From the human T2T-CHM13v2.0 reference genome, Homo sapiens: DNA of 64,000 nt. The DNA is taken from assembly GCF_009914755.1 (NCBI RefSeq), contig NC_060925.1; one strand, written 5' to 3'. Made by a program: the position numbers and the translations under genes. A model generated the notes under the pieces. That model was not told the DNA's origin, made no database searches, and saw only the letters and a list, made by a program, of their open reading frames with translations. Shown piece by piece: positions 17,880 to 30,738 of this stretch. How positions within the stretch are numbered: the first letter of the stretch is position 1; the number at the start of each line of letters is the position of its first letter.

Positions 17880-19030
17880 TCATTGGGCTTTTCATCGAAC
17901 AGATATTTCATGAAACCAACCATGTGCCATGTCCTTTGCAGGCCCTGGGGATATAGCAGTGAACAAAACAGACGCAAACCCCTGCTCATTAGGAGCTTAC
18001 AGTCTAATGGAAAAGGGCAGACAAACACAAAAAATAAATACACCGTGTAGTGTATCGGAAGGTGAGAAATGCCAGACAGAAAAATCAAACAGGGTAAAGG
18101 GGATGATAGTCTTGGAGGAAGGGAGGGATGCGGTTATAAATAGGGTGGTCAGAGTAGTCCTAACTGAAAAGATGGATTTGAATGAAGACTTGAAAGAGAT
18201 GTTGGGAACCATGCAGATGAAAGCGGGAAGTACATCCTAGGGAGCTAGCTTGCCTGAAGGCTCTAAATGGGAGTGTATTGGGTGGGTTTGAAAAAGAGCA
18301 GATGCCAGTGTGGCTGGAACTCTTCAGGGAACAAGGTAAAGGGTAGGAGGAGATGAGTCAAAGAGGCAGTAGTGGGGGTTGCTTGAGTAGGGCCTTGTAG
18401 ACCCTTGTATGGACTTTGGTTTTTACCATTAAATGGAATGGTGTTGATGCAGTACACGGTTTCGAGCAGAAGAGTTAACATAGTCCTTCTGAAAGTATCA
18501 CTCTGGTGTCTGTTAAGAATAGACTTCAGGGAGACAAGTGTGGAAGCAGAGACCAGAGAATAAATGATTACAGTAATCCAGATGAGGGATGGCAGTGTCT
18601 TGGACCAAGGTGGGACCAATGGAAGTGATGAAAAGATGGTTAAATGTTAAATTTATTATAAGAAAGTAGTCGACAGCATTTTCTGATGGTCGGATATGGG
18701 TTGTGAGAGAAAGAGGAGACAAAGATTTTGGCCAAGGAACTTGAATGTATGGTATAGAATTGCCATTAGTTAAGAGGAGGAAGGAAGACTGTGGGTGGAA
18801 CAGATTTTAGGGGGGATTTCAGGAGTTTAGTTTTGAAATATTAAGAATGATATGCCCATTAAATACCCAAGTGATGAGGTTAAGTTGTTAAAAACATCAA
18901 TAAGTCCAGAGTTGGGACTCATACATATTTGGATCTACATGGCAGATCCAAACCAGAGATGCATTAAAGGAGTTGTCAGAATATATTGGAATTCAAAGCA
19001 GTGAGACTGGACAATATCACAAAGAGTTTG
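17880..19030 (-). mobile_element. L2a-like fragment
   Basis: GGGGATATAGCAGTGAACAAAACAGAC, GCCAGTGTGGCTGGA and GAGTTTAGTTTTGAAATATT motifs of antisense L2; boundaries approximate. Confidence 0.65.
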
Positions 19031-19538
19031 TGATGCGGAGCCATGCTACTTGGTACTACCACTTATTAGCTGAGTGATTTTGGGAAAGTCACTTAGCTTC
19101 TCTCCTCATCTATGAAACAAGAAGAATAATCGTAACTGCTTCATGGGGTTGCTGTGAGAATAAAAATGATTAATATCGATAAAGCACTTAGAACATGGCA
19201 TATACTCAATAATCATTAACTTAATTTCCATTACAACTCTCCTCTGTACCTGTGAGACACTGCAAATATGTCAACTCGTATGTTATTAATGTTACAATGC
19301 AGCTTTTCTTTAAGTGGTGTTATTATATTTTTGGTTTATATGCTACTAGGAGTTATGTGCTATTAGGAGTCCCATTGAGTTGGTTTTGCTTCCAGAATTA
19401 AACTGACCTGGAATTTTGGTATTAGGTCTGTCTCCATTGATTTTTTTTTTAAAGCCTGTATAAATTTTAGTATTTGTTACTTGTTTAGGAAAAAATTATA
19501 TGTGTCTCTTCAGTGCTGCTTTCCTTTGCTTTTCTCAG

Positions 19539-19590
19539 TGCTCAGCAGAGGAGCAGTCAGGTTCACAAGAAAACCACAGTTGGAAATCAG
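19539..19590 (+). CDS. DNM3: Dynamin-3 coding exon (52 nt; probably exon 13): (N)AQQRSSQVHKKTTVGNQ
   Basis: Acceptor ttcctttgcttttctcag|T, donor CAG|gtagga; completes the AAT codon from the previous exon; dynamin stalk-PH linker. Confidence 0.97.
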
Positions 19591-20410
19591 GTAGGAATTG
19601 CATAAGAGAATCAGTGTATGCATGTCCCAAAGAATTTGAACTAAATCGCTTGATTGACTATTTTTTTAATGCAAATTAATCACGTGCAAATTTTGCTTGA
19701 AATGCAGCTTTCATTTTGATTTGTTTTTGCTTTTAAAATTTTTGGAGTGAATTGCATTTCTTTTTGGCTATTTTGTGCAGTTAACCATATTGATTTATTT
19801 TAAATAACCTTTCTGCTACTTGCTCTGCATTTCAAATTTGACTCCTCATGTCCTATTTTGCTTGCTTACGTTACCCCTAAGTTTAATTTAACATTGAGTT
19901 TGTGAGTCAGTTGAAGGTTAAAATGTGGTGAGTAGTTGCATGAGCTTTCTGGGGTTGCTAACTAGTTCACACATTTGCACAGCTTGGTATCAGTGAAGGG
20001 ACAGCTCATGAAGAACGCAGTTGTTGGATGTAATCTCTGCCACACTAAATTCTTGTTGGTTAATGAAGATGTTAATTCCTAAGAAGATCTGATCTTTTGA
20101 GTTTTTGTGTTTTGGGCTGACCAGCTGTCTCTGACTAATAGCGCTCTGCAGAGATTGTATTAACTCAACAGTTTGCTGTGTCTTTTATGTTTTATGTGAT
20201 AATGAATATTTGCATTGTTATTTCTTTTCAAGTCAAAACAATGATGGTGTTATAGTTTTTAAAAAACTTTCAGAGGTACAATTATTGAACAAATTGAAAC
20301 CTCTGCTCTAGATTTTTTTCCCATTGTTTTGAAAGGAGAAGAGGTAATAACAGACTTTATTTTAAAAACTTTTTTTCTGAACTAAAGCATATAATTCTTT
20401 GCTATTTCAG

Positions 20411-20440
20411 GGAACCAATCTTCCGCCTTCAAGGCAAATT
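20411..20440 (+). CDS. DNM3: Dynamin-3 alternative 30-nt microexon: GTNLPPSRQI
   Basis: Acceptor ctttgctatttcag|GGA, donor ATT|gtacga; symmetric phase 0; matches the known 10-aa insert ahead of the DNM3 PH domain. Confidence 0.92.
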
Positions 20441-21835
20441 GTACGAGCTAAGTTCTGTAAGCTTTACTGTTGCTTTTTCATTTAGCTTCCCAAGGGCACA
20501 GTTTGTCTTTAACTGATTAACTCAACTAGCGCTTGCTACTAATTTTTTTTAAACTTAGGTTGTCTTGTCCGTAACACCCTATCATTGAAATAAAAATCCT
20601 CTTAAGAGGGTTCATCCCTTCACTGCTAATAACTTGCTGTGATTGAAAGGTATGAACTAGTAAACTCTAAAATGCTGTAATAATAAACCCTTAACACTGT
20701 GGGTGCTTTGATATTTCTCTAATTTTAATGGTCCTTAAAATAATTAAAATCATTAATGATCTTCATCTCTGTCCTTTTATGCTATGTTGTTATGAGGTGT
20801 AAGCCTTTCTCTTCCCCTTGTATGGTAATATTTCCAATAAATGTAGATGATGCTTCTAAAAGGTGGGTAAATATTGAGTATCTGATTTTGCTGTGTTTGT
20901 TGATAAGCCTACCCAATACCAATTATTTGCATTTATTTAAAAAAACAGAAAAGCAAAGTTATAGTGATGGACATTTTATATGGCTATAGAGTTAAATCTT
21001 TGAAAACCAGATACTATGTCTTCTTTTATGGAAGTGTAAAAACATTGTCATAAGCATTTAGAAAAAAAATTAAACTCTAATTTCTACCACGGATAAAGCA
21101 GGCTTATTCTTCCAACTATGCACAGTTTGAGAATGAGATTGGAGCATGGGTCAATTATCTGCCCCATGATATTTTGGGAAGACACAGGTTTTAGACCTAG
21201 ACATTCCTGGGTTCAAATTCTGTTCTGTCACTTAAGAGCTATGTGGCCTGGGACACATTGTGCCTGAGTTTGCTCAGCTGTGTGATGAGAGGAATAGAAA
21301 ATATCTCTCAGGATGATGGTGGGATTCAGAAATGATATACATAATGAGGTTTGCAGCCCAGTACCAGATATGTGCCCTGTAAAGAATAGAAACATTACTC
21401 CCAAAAGTTAGGTGCTGTTTCTTCAAACTCTTGGGAGAAAAAGTTTAAGTACAAGAAGATTATAAAATTTATAAAATGAGAACAACAAAACACTTGGGAA
21501 AATTAGAAGCTATGGAAATTGTTCTGATGCCTGCAATGCCCAGATTGTGGTTGGATATGATATAAAGGATTTACCTGTAAAAGTTTCCTCACAGTCAGAA
21601 GCATCGCTTAGCTCACAGAAGTATGTACATGTAGGAAAATCAATAGTATAATAGCATATATGCATACTTTAGATCAGAGGAAACTTGGAACAGCTTTCAG
21701 TTATATTACTTCCAAATGCTCAAATCATGCTAATTGTGTTTCTGTGACTTTGCTTTTGCTGGATACTTCAAAGCCCACACATTATGGAAGTATTACATCT
21801 CAAGATAATAGAATTGGGTGAGTGTTATAATGGAA

Positions 21836-22112
21836 TATAGATTCCTTATCCAAAACTTCTGGGGCCAGACATGCCTTGAAGGTCAGAATTTTTTGGACTT
21901 TATTAACTGTATCATATATTACCCTACATTTTGTGGAGTTAGAGACAGCACCATATAATGAAACATATTCTATTTCTGCAGTGAAACAAAGGAATAGTTA
22001 CACCAAGTAAACTTTTAAATAAAAGATAAATCCTCTCACATCAGATCAGGTTTTGCTGCCAAATTTGCTAAGAAAAAAGCTTTCAATTTGCAAGCAAGGG
22101 ATTATGAACTAG
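21836..22112 (+). mobile_element. MER46C-like (Tigger family) DNA transposon fossil
   Basis: CCTTATCCAAAACTTCTGGGGCCAGA start, CAGGTTTTGCTGCCAAAT internal motif, AAGGGATTATGAAC end. Confidence 0.65.
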
Positions 22113-23834
22113 AATATATTATTTTCCAGAATCAAATCCAATAATGTATACATGATACAATATATTTTAAAGGATCTTCAGTAGTTCTTCCTACTTAGCA
22201 GAAATAAACCATAATGACTTGAAATTTTCTTTATGAATCTGAGCATATGATGTTGATTGGGGTTTATATGAAAACAGTTTTGCCTATTAAGAGGCTCAAA
22301 TCCAGGGAGTTTTGGGGCCCACCCTTCCGACTGATGCTGGCTTTTCTGGTTGGTGGGGCTGAAACACTCTGCAGCATCCTAGGAAGTGATTCATCCATGC
22401 TGCTATCCTCTTAGGGCTCCTGGTTGCAGAAGATTGTTGTGCAGCATCTGTTCTGAAATATTTTAGAAGGATTTAAGAAGGGCAAAACTCTTCTTTAAAG
22501 TCTAAATTTGCTTTGTTTATGTCTGCCTAGAAATTGTAATAGTTTCACAAGTTGATGTCAGCAAATGTACAAAAAAATGTGAGCACATAATTTACCGAAA
22601 GCTGGACTGCTCAAAAATTTAAATTTAACCTTCATTCATCCTTCCACTCATGTATTCAAAACCTATCTGTGTCAAAATGTGTGGTGGGTGTTTAGAGAAG
22701 CATGATGATGCATCAATCACAGGCCTCACCCTCAGGAAGCCCACAGCTCAGCGGGGATGATGGTAAGTAAGCAAACTGAAGTCCACTTCCTTTTCCAAGG
22801 CTAGCTACTGCTGACCCTTCAGGTCTTACTGAAACATCACTTCTGCAAGAGGCCAGCCTTGGTCACCAGATTTAAAGTCACCCTCCCTTCCCAATGTCTT
22901 TCACTATCTATTACATTTTATTATTTGAAACAATCTTATTTATTCACTTATTTATTATTTTTTGTCTTCCTTCATTAGGACGTAAGACCCATTAAAGCTA
23001 TTTTTATGTTGCTTAAAGCAGTACAGAATTATAGTAAGGTTTTAAGCACAATCATATTAACATTTGTGGAGAAAGGCTTTGAAGGTGAGACAAGACTGGA
23101 AAAAGGAGATTAGTTAGAAGGCTGTTGTGGATGAAAAATTGTGGTGATCCGGGCTTGGGTGTTTGTACTGAATTTGAGGAAAAGCTGATGAATTCAAGAG
23201 ATATTAAGTAGGAAGAATCCAAAAAATCTGTGATAAATTGGATGTCGGAGAGAGGGCTGGAGGTTGTCTTCAATGCATCAAGATTTATGATTTAGGTACA
23301 AGTAAGATGGTGCTGCTCTTCACAGAGAAAGGAGCATAGTGAAAAAGTCAGATTGGGATCCAGAGTCATGAAAGTTAGCTTTCTGAGTATGAGTCACCGT
23401 GGGAGTTTGAAGTAAAAATGTCCAGTAGGAAGGTGGATAAAAGTGTTTAAGTCCAGAAGTGACAGAGAACTCTTTCTTCCAAAGGTATTGGAGACTCATG
23501 GAAGGATTTCCAATAGGGAAGGGAACTCAACTGATTTTTATATTAGAAAGGTCTGTAATGGAATAGTTTGAAGGAGACAAACTAGAGATATGGGAATTGG
23601 TGAGGATGCTTTTGAAATTATTCAGGTGAGAGAAACATTGGTTGCAGGTAGTATTTAGCAGAAGGAACAGATTCAAAATATATTCAGAGGGTAGAATTGG
23701 AAGGGTTATAAAGAGTTCTCAGGGGGTTAAGTCATCCTCCTAGGCTTATGGCTAAGGGCATGCACTGACAAAGGGAGTGCAGGAGAAGGGGGAGCAGGTG
23801 TAAGGGGAGATGAGAGCAGAAGGTGCTGATTTAG

Positions 23835-24134
<300 letters not shown>

Positions 24135-24417
24135 AGAAGGTGCTGATTTCAATTTTGAATATGTTTGTGCTTATTGGAGATATCATTGGGGTTTGAGGTT
24201 CAGGACTCATGTACACTGGAGACATAAGTTTCACTGTTGTCAATAAATACATGGTATCCGAAGCCGTGGGAGTACATGAGACCACCTCCAAAGGATGAGA
24301 ACATAGAAAGGAATGTAGGACTTAAAGCATGATGGAGAAAGAAGAACTGGAACTGAATGGGGAACTGAAAAGGCAAATAAGAAGTGATGAGAGAGGTAGG
24401 AAAACTTGGAGAGTGGT

Positions 24418-25523
24418 TATCATGGGAAATTCAGTCAGATATCGGGCAAAATTCACCCCCAATATTTCACATAGGTTCTTTTCTATTTTCCCTAAATGTT
24501 GGCTGGTCTGAGAAATAAAGGGACAGAGTACAAAACAGAGAAATTTTAAAGCTGGGTGTCCAGGGGAGATGTCACGTGTTGGCAGGTTCTGTGATGCCCC
24601 CTGAGCCGTAAAACCAGCAAGTTTTTATTAGTGATTTTCAAAAGGGAGGGAGTGTACGAATAGGGTTTGGGTCACAGAGGTCACGTGCTTCACAAGGTAA
24701 TAGAATATCACAAGGCAAATGGAGGCAGGGTGAGATCACAGGACCACAGGACCAGGGTGAAATTAAAATTGCTAATGAAATTTCAGGCACGCATTGTCAT
24801 TGATAACATCAGGAGACAGGGTTTGAGAGCAGACAACCGGTCTGACCAAAATTTATTAGGTGGGAATTTCCTCGTCCTAATAAGCCTGGGAGCGATACGG
24901 GAGACTAGGGCTTATTTCATCTCTACAGCTTCGACCGTAAAAGACAGCCACCCCCGAAGCGGCCATTTTAGAGGCCTACCCTCAGGGACGCATTCTCTTT
25001 CTCAGGGATGTTCCTTGCTGAGAAAAAGAACTCAGCCATATTTCTCCCATTTGCTTTTGAAAGAAGAGAAATATGGCTCTGTTCTGCCTGGCTCACTGGC
25101 AGTCAGAGTTTAAGGTTATCTCTCTTGTTCCCTGAACATTGCTGTTATCCTGTTCTTTTTTCAAGGTGCCCAGAGTTCATATTGTTCAAACACACATGCT
25201 CTACAAACAATTTGTGCAGTTAACGCAATCATCACAGGGTCCTGAGGTGACATACATCCTCCTCAGCTTACGAAGATGACGGGATTAAGAGATTAAAGTA
25301 AAGACAGGCAAAGGAAATCACAAGGGTATTGATTGGGGAAGTGATAAGTGTCCATGAAATCTTCACAATTTATGTTCAAAGACTGCAGTAAAGACAGGTG
25401 TAAGAAATTATAAAAGTATTAATTTGGGGAACTAATAAATGACCATGAAATCTTCACAATTTATGTTCTTCTGCCATGGCTTCAGCTGGTCCCTCCGTTC
25501 GGGGTCCCTGACTTTCCGCAACA
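24418..25523 (-). mobile_element. MER11 solo LTR (ERVK, HERV-K11/HML-8 family)
   Basis: Minus strand begins TGTTGCGGAAAGTCAGGGACCCCGAACGGAGGGACC; internal repeat CCATGAAATCTTCACAATTTATGTTC x2; 6-bp TSD AGTGGT at 24412-24417 and 25524-25529. Confidence 0.92.
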
Positions 25524-25899
25524 AGTGGTAGAACAAAAGCTAAAGGGAGAGAATGTTTCAAGGAGGGAATAGTCAATAGTTAGATGTTTCTAAGAGCTCA
25601 AGGAACTTGGAGGAAGTTGTCAGATAGTTGGACTGTGGAAGGTCCTGTGCAGGTTAGGGACTATCTGAGGGTCCAGTGACAGCACGAATTCTCTTGGCCT
25701 TGTAAATTGCTCTTCTGCTCTACAGTTGGAAGGTGGCATAAAGCTGAGGACACAGACAAATGAATTGATATTCTGAGCTGGTGTTTTTCTAGGGAGGCAG
25801 CATGGAAGGTCAAGAGAGAAGATGAGTTAGAGTTTTTAAGAGAGACAGGTTGAGGTAAAGGACTGTGTAATCTCACATGAGTAGCTTTAATTGATGTAT

Positions 25900-26290
25900 T
25901 AATCAGGATAGATTAACCAGGTAACAAGCAACCTCAGGATTTCAGTAGATTAGCATAATACAAATTTAATTCACCCTCCTATAATAATTCAATGAAGGTC
26001 ATCAACATGCAGGGAGATACCTTGCTTCACATGGTCAGTAACAGACTGGGCTTTGGAATCCCAGAGATTCCAAAATCTCCCTTCTCTGCCTTCTCCTGCA
26101 TAGAACCTGCAAATTTCATTCTTGCAGCAGGTGGGAAAGAGACAGAAGCCTGGGCAAGGGAGGTTTTTAAGAACCAGTCCATAAGTGGCACACATCATTT
26201 CTATATCGTTGAACAGAACTTGGTCATTTGGGCTCACCTAGCTGCGTGGGAAATAGAAAAATATACTCTGAGCTTGTGCCCAGGAAAAAA
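25900..26290. mobile_element. Old MLT1 (MaLR) LTR fragment
   Basis: Degenerate MLT1-like motifs; subfamily and ends uncertain. Confidence 0.4.
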
Positions 26291-27344
26291 AAAAAGACAA
26301 AAAAAGATGATGTTGACTGAAAATTGAAAGGAAATGGGCAAGCCAGGGAACTGGAGGTTTTACTAAAATCAGAAAAAGTTTGTGCTAGGATTAAGGAAAA
26401 GAAATTATGAGGTGGGAGGTTAAAGTCAGTGAGTGGCATGTTGTACTTGAAAGTTTAAGAGTAAAGAGCATGCCACCTGAAAGTCAGAGATGTTATTGGA
26501 GTAAGAGATAACAGACACTGGAGGGAGGGGCACAAGTGATAACTAAAAATATTTGTGGAACATTGTCTTCGGAAGGTGTGAGTAGCTGAAAACAAATGGG
26601 GATGAAATGTCCTTGGTTGGAATATGTTAGGGGCCAGGAGGACTGATGTGGCATTTACATGACTGATAATTCATTCCTTTGTCCTCAAGAGTCTTAGCAG
26701 GAAGGCATTGTTGACATGCTCCTTGGCCCGAGAATGTATCCAACTGCAATTGTATAACTGGAAAGACTTTTTCTTTAAGCAGGAAGTAGAGCAGGTGCTT
26801 GCATGAGCCTAGATATTAGGGTACTTCTTAGTCTCAAGCTTATTATCAGTTTTGTTTGCCATCCATGTGCCCACTATTGTTCTAACTTTAGACTGGAATA
26901 TGAAATTTGGCTTCTCAAACCTACAGGTCTCCAGGTAACTGGATTATCAACCTTTTGTATTATAGGCTGCAAACAGAAAAAGATGTTTCCTTCCAAACAG
27001 GGTTTCTTCTCTCCCTACTTTCTGAAAACTAGTTTTAGTAGACACTAGTCTTTTTCATAGGATCTCTCACAGGTCTCAGAAAATTATAAATGGACCTCAC
27101 TATCCTGAAATTTTCCTGCCATGTCCCCTAGTTCTTCAACCTCTGTATGTACATGCTTTGAGTCCAATGTTAAAAAGGTGACAGTTTAATCAGTTCTTTA
27201 ACAGATGGATAACAAGGATTGCCAACATCCTAGCCTAAGAGAGATCCTTCCAGTCCTCTCGCCTTTCTCCGCTCAGCTAATTCCACCTTTTAGGGTCTGT
27301 CACTCTTAACTCCAAGTCTTACCTGACTTCCTGGTACCGATATC

Positions 27345-27800
27345 TCTATCAGTTAGGATTTTTTCAGATGTAAATTTCAGAAAACTCAAATGACCCTGGA
27401 AAAAAGGGAATTTGTTAGTTTACATGAATGAACACTTCAGGGATAGAATCGAGCACTATTTAATCCACAGCTCAAATAGTGTCACCATGAACTAGTTTTT
27501 TTTCCTTCCATATTTTTGTTCTGCTCTTTTGCTGTGGTTCTGTTCTTGCCCCAACGGACTGCAAGATGACTGTCATCAGTCTCCAGGGAATTGTCTTCTT
27601 ACTTTGAATCCAGCAGAAATAAGAGTCTTTCTCCCAGGATTTTCAGAAAACCTTCTAAGGTTCAGTCTGATTGGACTGGCGTGGATCATGTGCTTATTTC
27701 TGAACTATTCACTGTGGCCAGAGAATGAGGTATACTGATTGACTTAGGCCACATCATATGGGACAAGGGATGTTCCTCACCAGAACACATGGGCTGCCTC
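27345..27800. mobile_element. Old MLT1 (MaLR) LTR fragment
   Basis: TCAGTTAGGATT start and TCTGATTGGACTGGCGTGGATCATGTGC motif; ends uncertain. Confidence 0.45.
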
Positions 27801-28089
27801 TCCCCCTGAAAGAGCTATTGCTGGAAGAAGAAAGGATAGACGCTGGAGAAGGTGCATCACAGGTGAAGGCAGGTACTTGCTGAGCATTATTTGTCTTCAG
27901 AACAATCTAATTTGGATACTAGGATTTTTGTGTATGTTGTCTTTTTAAAGGAATATGAGATGGTTAATACCTCATCATTAAAACCCTATGGTTCATTTAT
28001 TAATAAAATTTAATTATTTTTCCAATTCATGACTTTCCCCTTCTCTCCCTTTCCTTTTAAAAATAATTCTACTGACTATGTTAGGTTGA

Positions 28090-28460
28090 GAAGCAACATA
28101 GTGCCTTGGTTCTTCAGAGCTGACACAGTAGAGTCACTGTGTCACTATGAGCAAATTAATTAAACCTTACTGTACCTCAGTTTTCTAATCTGTAATAAGC
28201 TGATAATAATAGTAACTGTTTCATAAGGTTTTTGTATTAAATGTGATAATACTAGTTAGGTACTTAGGTATGGTGTTGGGTGTTTTACACACATTAGCTC
28301 ATTAATTCCTCTCAACAACTCTATGAGGTAGGTACCCCTATTATCTCAGTTTTACAGATGGGAAAACTGAGGCATGGAGAGGCAAAGTAACTTGCCCAGT
28401 CACACAGATCATAAATGATAGCACCAGGATTCAAATCTTAATCACCATGTTTAACCACAG
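28090..28460. mobile_element. Two opposed MIR fragments
   Basis: MIR core CTGTACCTCAGTTTTCTAATCTGTAA and its reverse TTTTACAGATGGGAAAACTGAGGC. Confidence 0.7.
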
Positions 28461-28582
28461 TTCTAATCACTGTGTTTAACCACAGTTCTAATAGTTTGTA
28501 AATTTCATCAAGCATCTCATTTTGTAGTCTCAATTATTTATAGTCTCATCATTTACATTAATTTGCTTTTTTTATTACTTAA

Positions 28583-28872
<290 letters not shown>

Positions 28873-30435
28873 ACTTAAAATTTTTCTTAAAATAAAGCCA
28901 TTAGATCTGAAAAGAATGAGCTCGGCTTTATAGAAATTAATCTGATGAACCAAAAAACTACAATGGCTATTTGAATTTGTTGCCATTTTGTTTTTTAATT
29001 CTATAAAAATATCTCCAAAGGGGCCAGTCAATAGCTTGTAAAATATAATAATCATTATTTTATTATAATAAAATAGAGATTAGAGTTTATGAAAACCACA
29101 CTTTGTCAAATATACAGCCTGTTAATTTGTTCTGCGTCTTTGAGATCTAGAGTTTTATTTGGAATAGTATTTAATGTATGCCACTTATGTTTTTTCCCCA
29201 GAAAATAAGCAGATGTTCTTTCCATATTTTTACAGCCAAGTTGCATCTTAATGGAGGGTTTAGAGCATAAAAACCAGTGAAGAGATTATCTTATCTACTC
29301 AAAATTACTTTGAAATACCCCTTCAATAGGCAGAATCTAGGTTTTCTGCTATGTTTTTACTTTGGGACAGTAGAGGCATGGTCTTGTTTCACCAGAGGAA
29401 GAACAACTGGTGAAACAAAGGCATCTCTCCTCCTGCCTCCCTCCGGCTGCCCCATAGCTCCTCTCTCTCCCTCCCTGCTTCCCTCTTTTCCTCCCTCTGT
29501 CTCTTTTATCCTCTTTGATGCTCTCTGTTTTACAAGTGTGGTGTGTTTGATTCCAAGTAAGCAAATGCCTGTATTATTCCAATTCCTTGGAATTTTGATA
29601 ACATTTAAAAATGTTAATGTTTCTCACCAAAGATATTATTTTATTAACCACTGTATAGCTTATTTAGCACAAAGTATCCATGGAGCCAATAAAGTATCCA
29701 TTTGTTACTTGTATCCAAAGTACATAATTTTGAATCTATAATTTTCAAGTTAAACAATAAATATATGAACACATTTTTACTGTGAAAAAGTTGAATAATG
29801 CAGATAAAATAAATACACCCTTGACCCCCACCCAATCCCACTCACCTCCATAGCTACCACCACTGTTATCATTTTGGAGTATATATACACATATATACAC
29901 ACACAAGCACATGGGTACACACCCACCCACACACAAAGACACTGTGATTTAAAAAAATAAAAATAGACAAATATTGTACATGTTTTGTTCTAAAATTGTA
30001 AACTCTACCAAGGCAAGGATTTTTGTCTCTTTTGCTTATTAATGTATCCCTAACAATGTCTAAAAGCTGGTGTATGGTAGCTGCTGAGTAAATATGTGAA
30101 GTTGACCTCACTTTATTCATTTAATGATATGTCTTAGGGATTTTTCCATGTAAATTCGCAGACATAAAATGACAAAACTTCTTTGTGGCATAATATTATA
30201 GTGTTCTACAGTATGGATGTGCCATACTTAATTCACATTTCCCTAAGGATAGGTATTTCTGCTGTTTCCAGTTTTTCCAAAACACCTGAACCAGTTCATA
30301 GACCCAACAACTATATATGTAAGTACCTCAATCCCCAGTACTGGATAATTATATTTTATATAATTTTTGATAATCTAACAGAAATAATAATATATTGTTG
30401 TTGTGATTTGCATTTTACTTATTGAAAGTTACAGA

Positions 30436-30738
<303 letters not shown>

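Noticed and set aside
19505-19538. Upstream look-alike acceptor tctcttcag|tgctg, 25 nt before exon 13
   Set aside because: Its use would shift the frame, and the downstream AG has the better pyrimidine tract and gives the dynamin peptide; at most a minor cryptic site
24667-25223. 148-aa and 71-aa ORFs
   Set aside because: Lie wholly within the MER11 LTR and show no retroviral protein similarity
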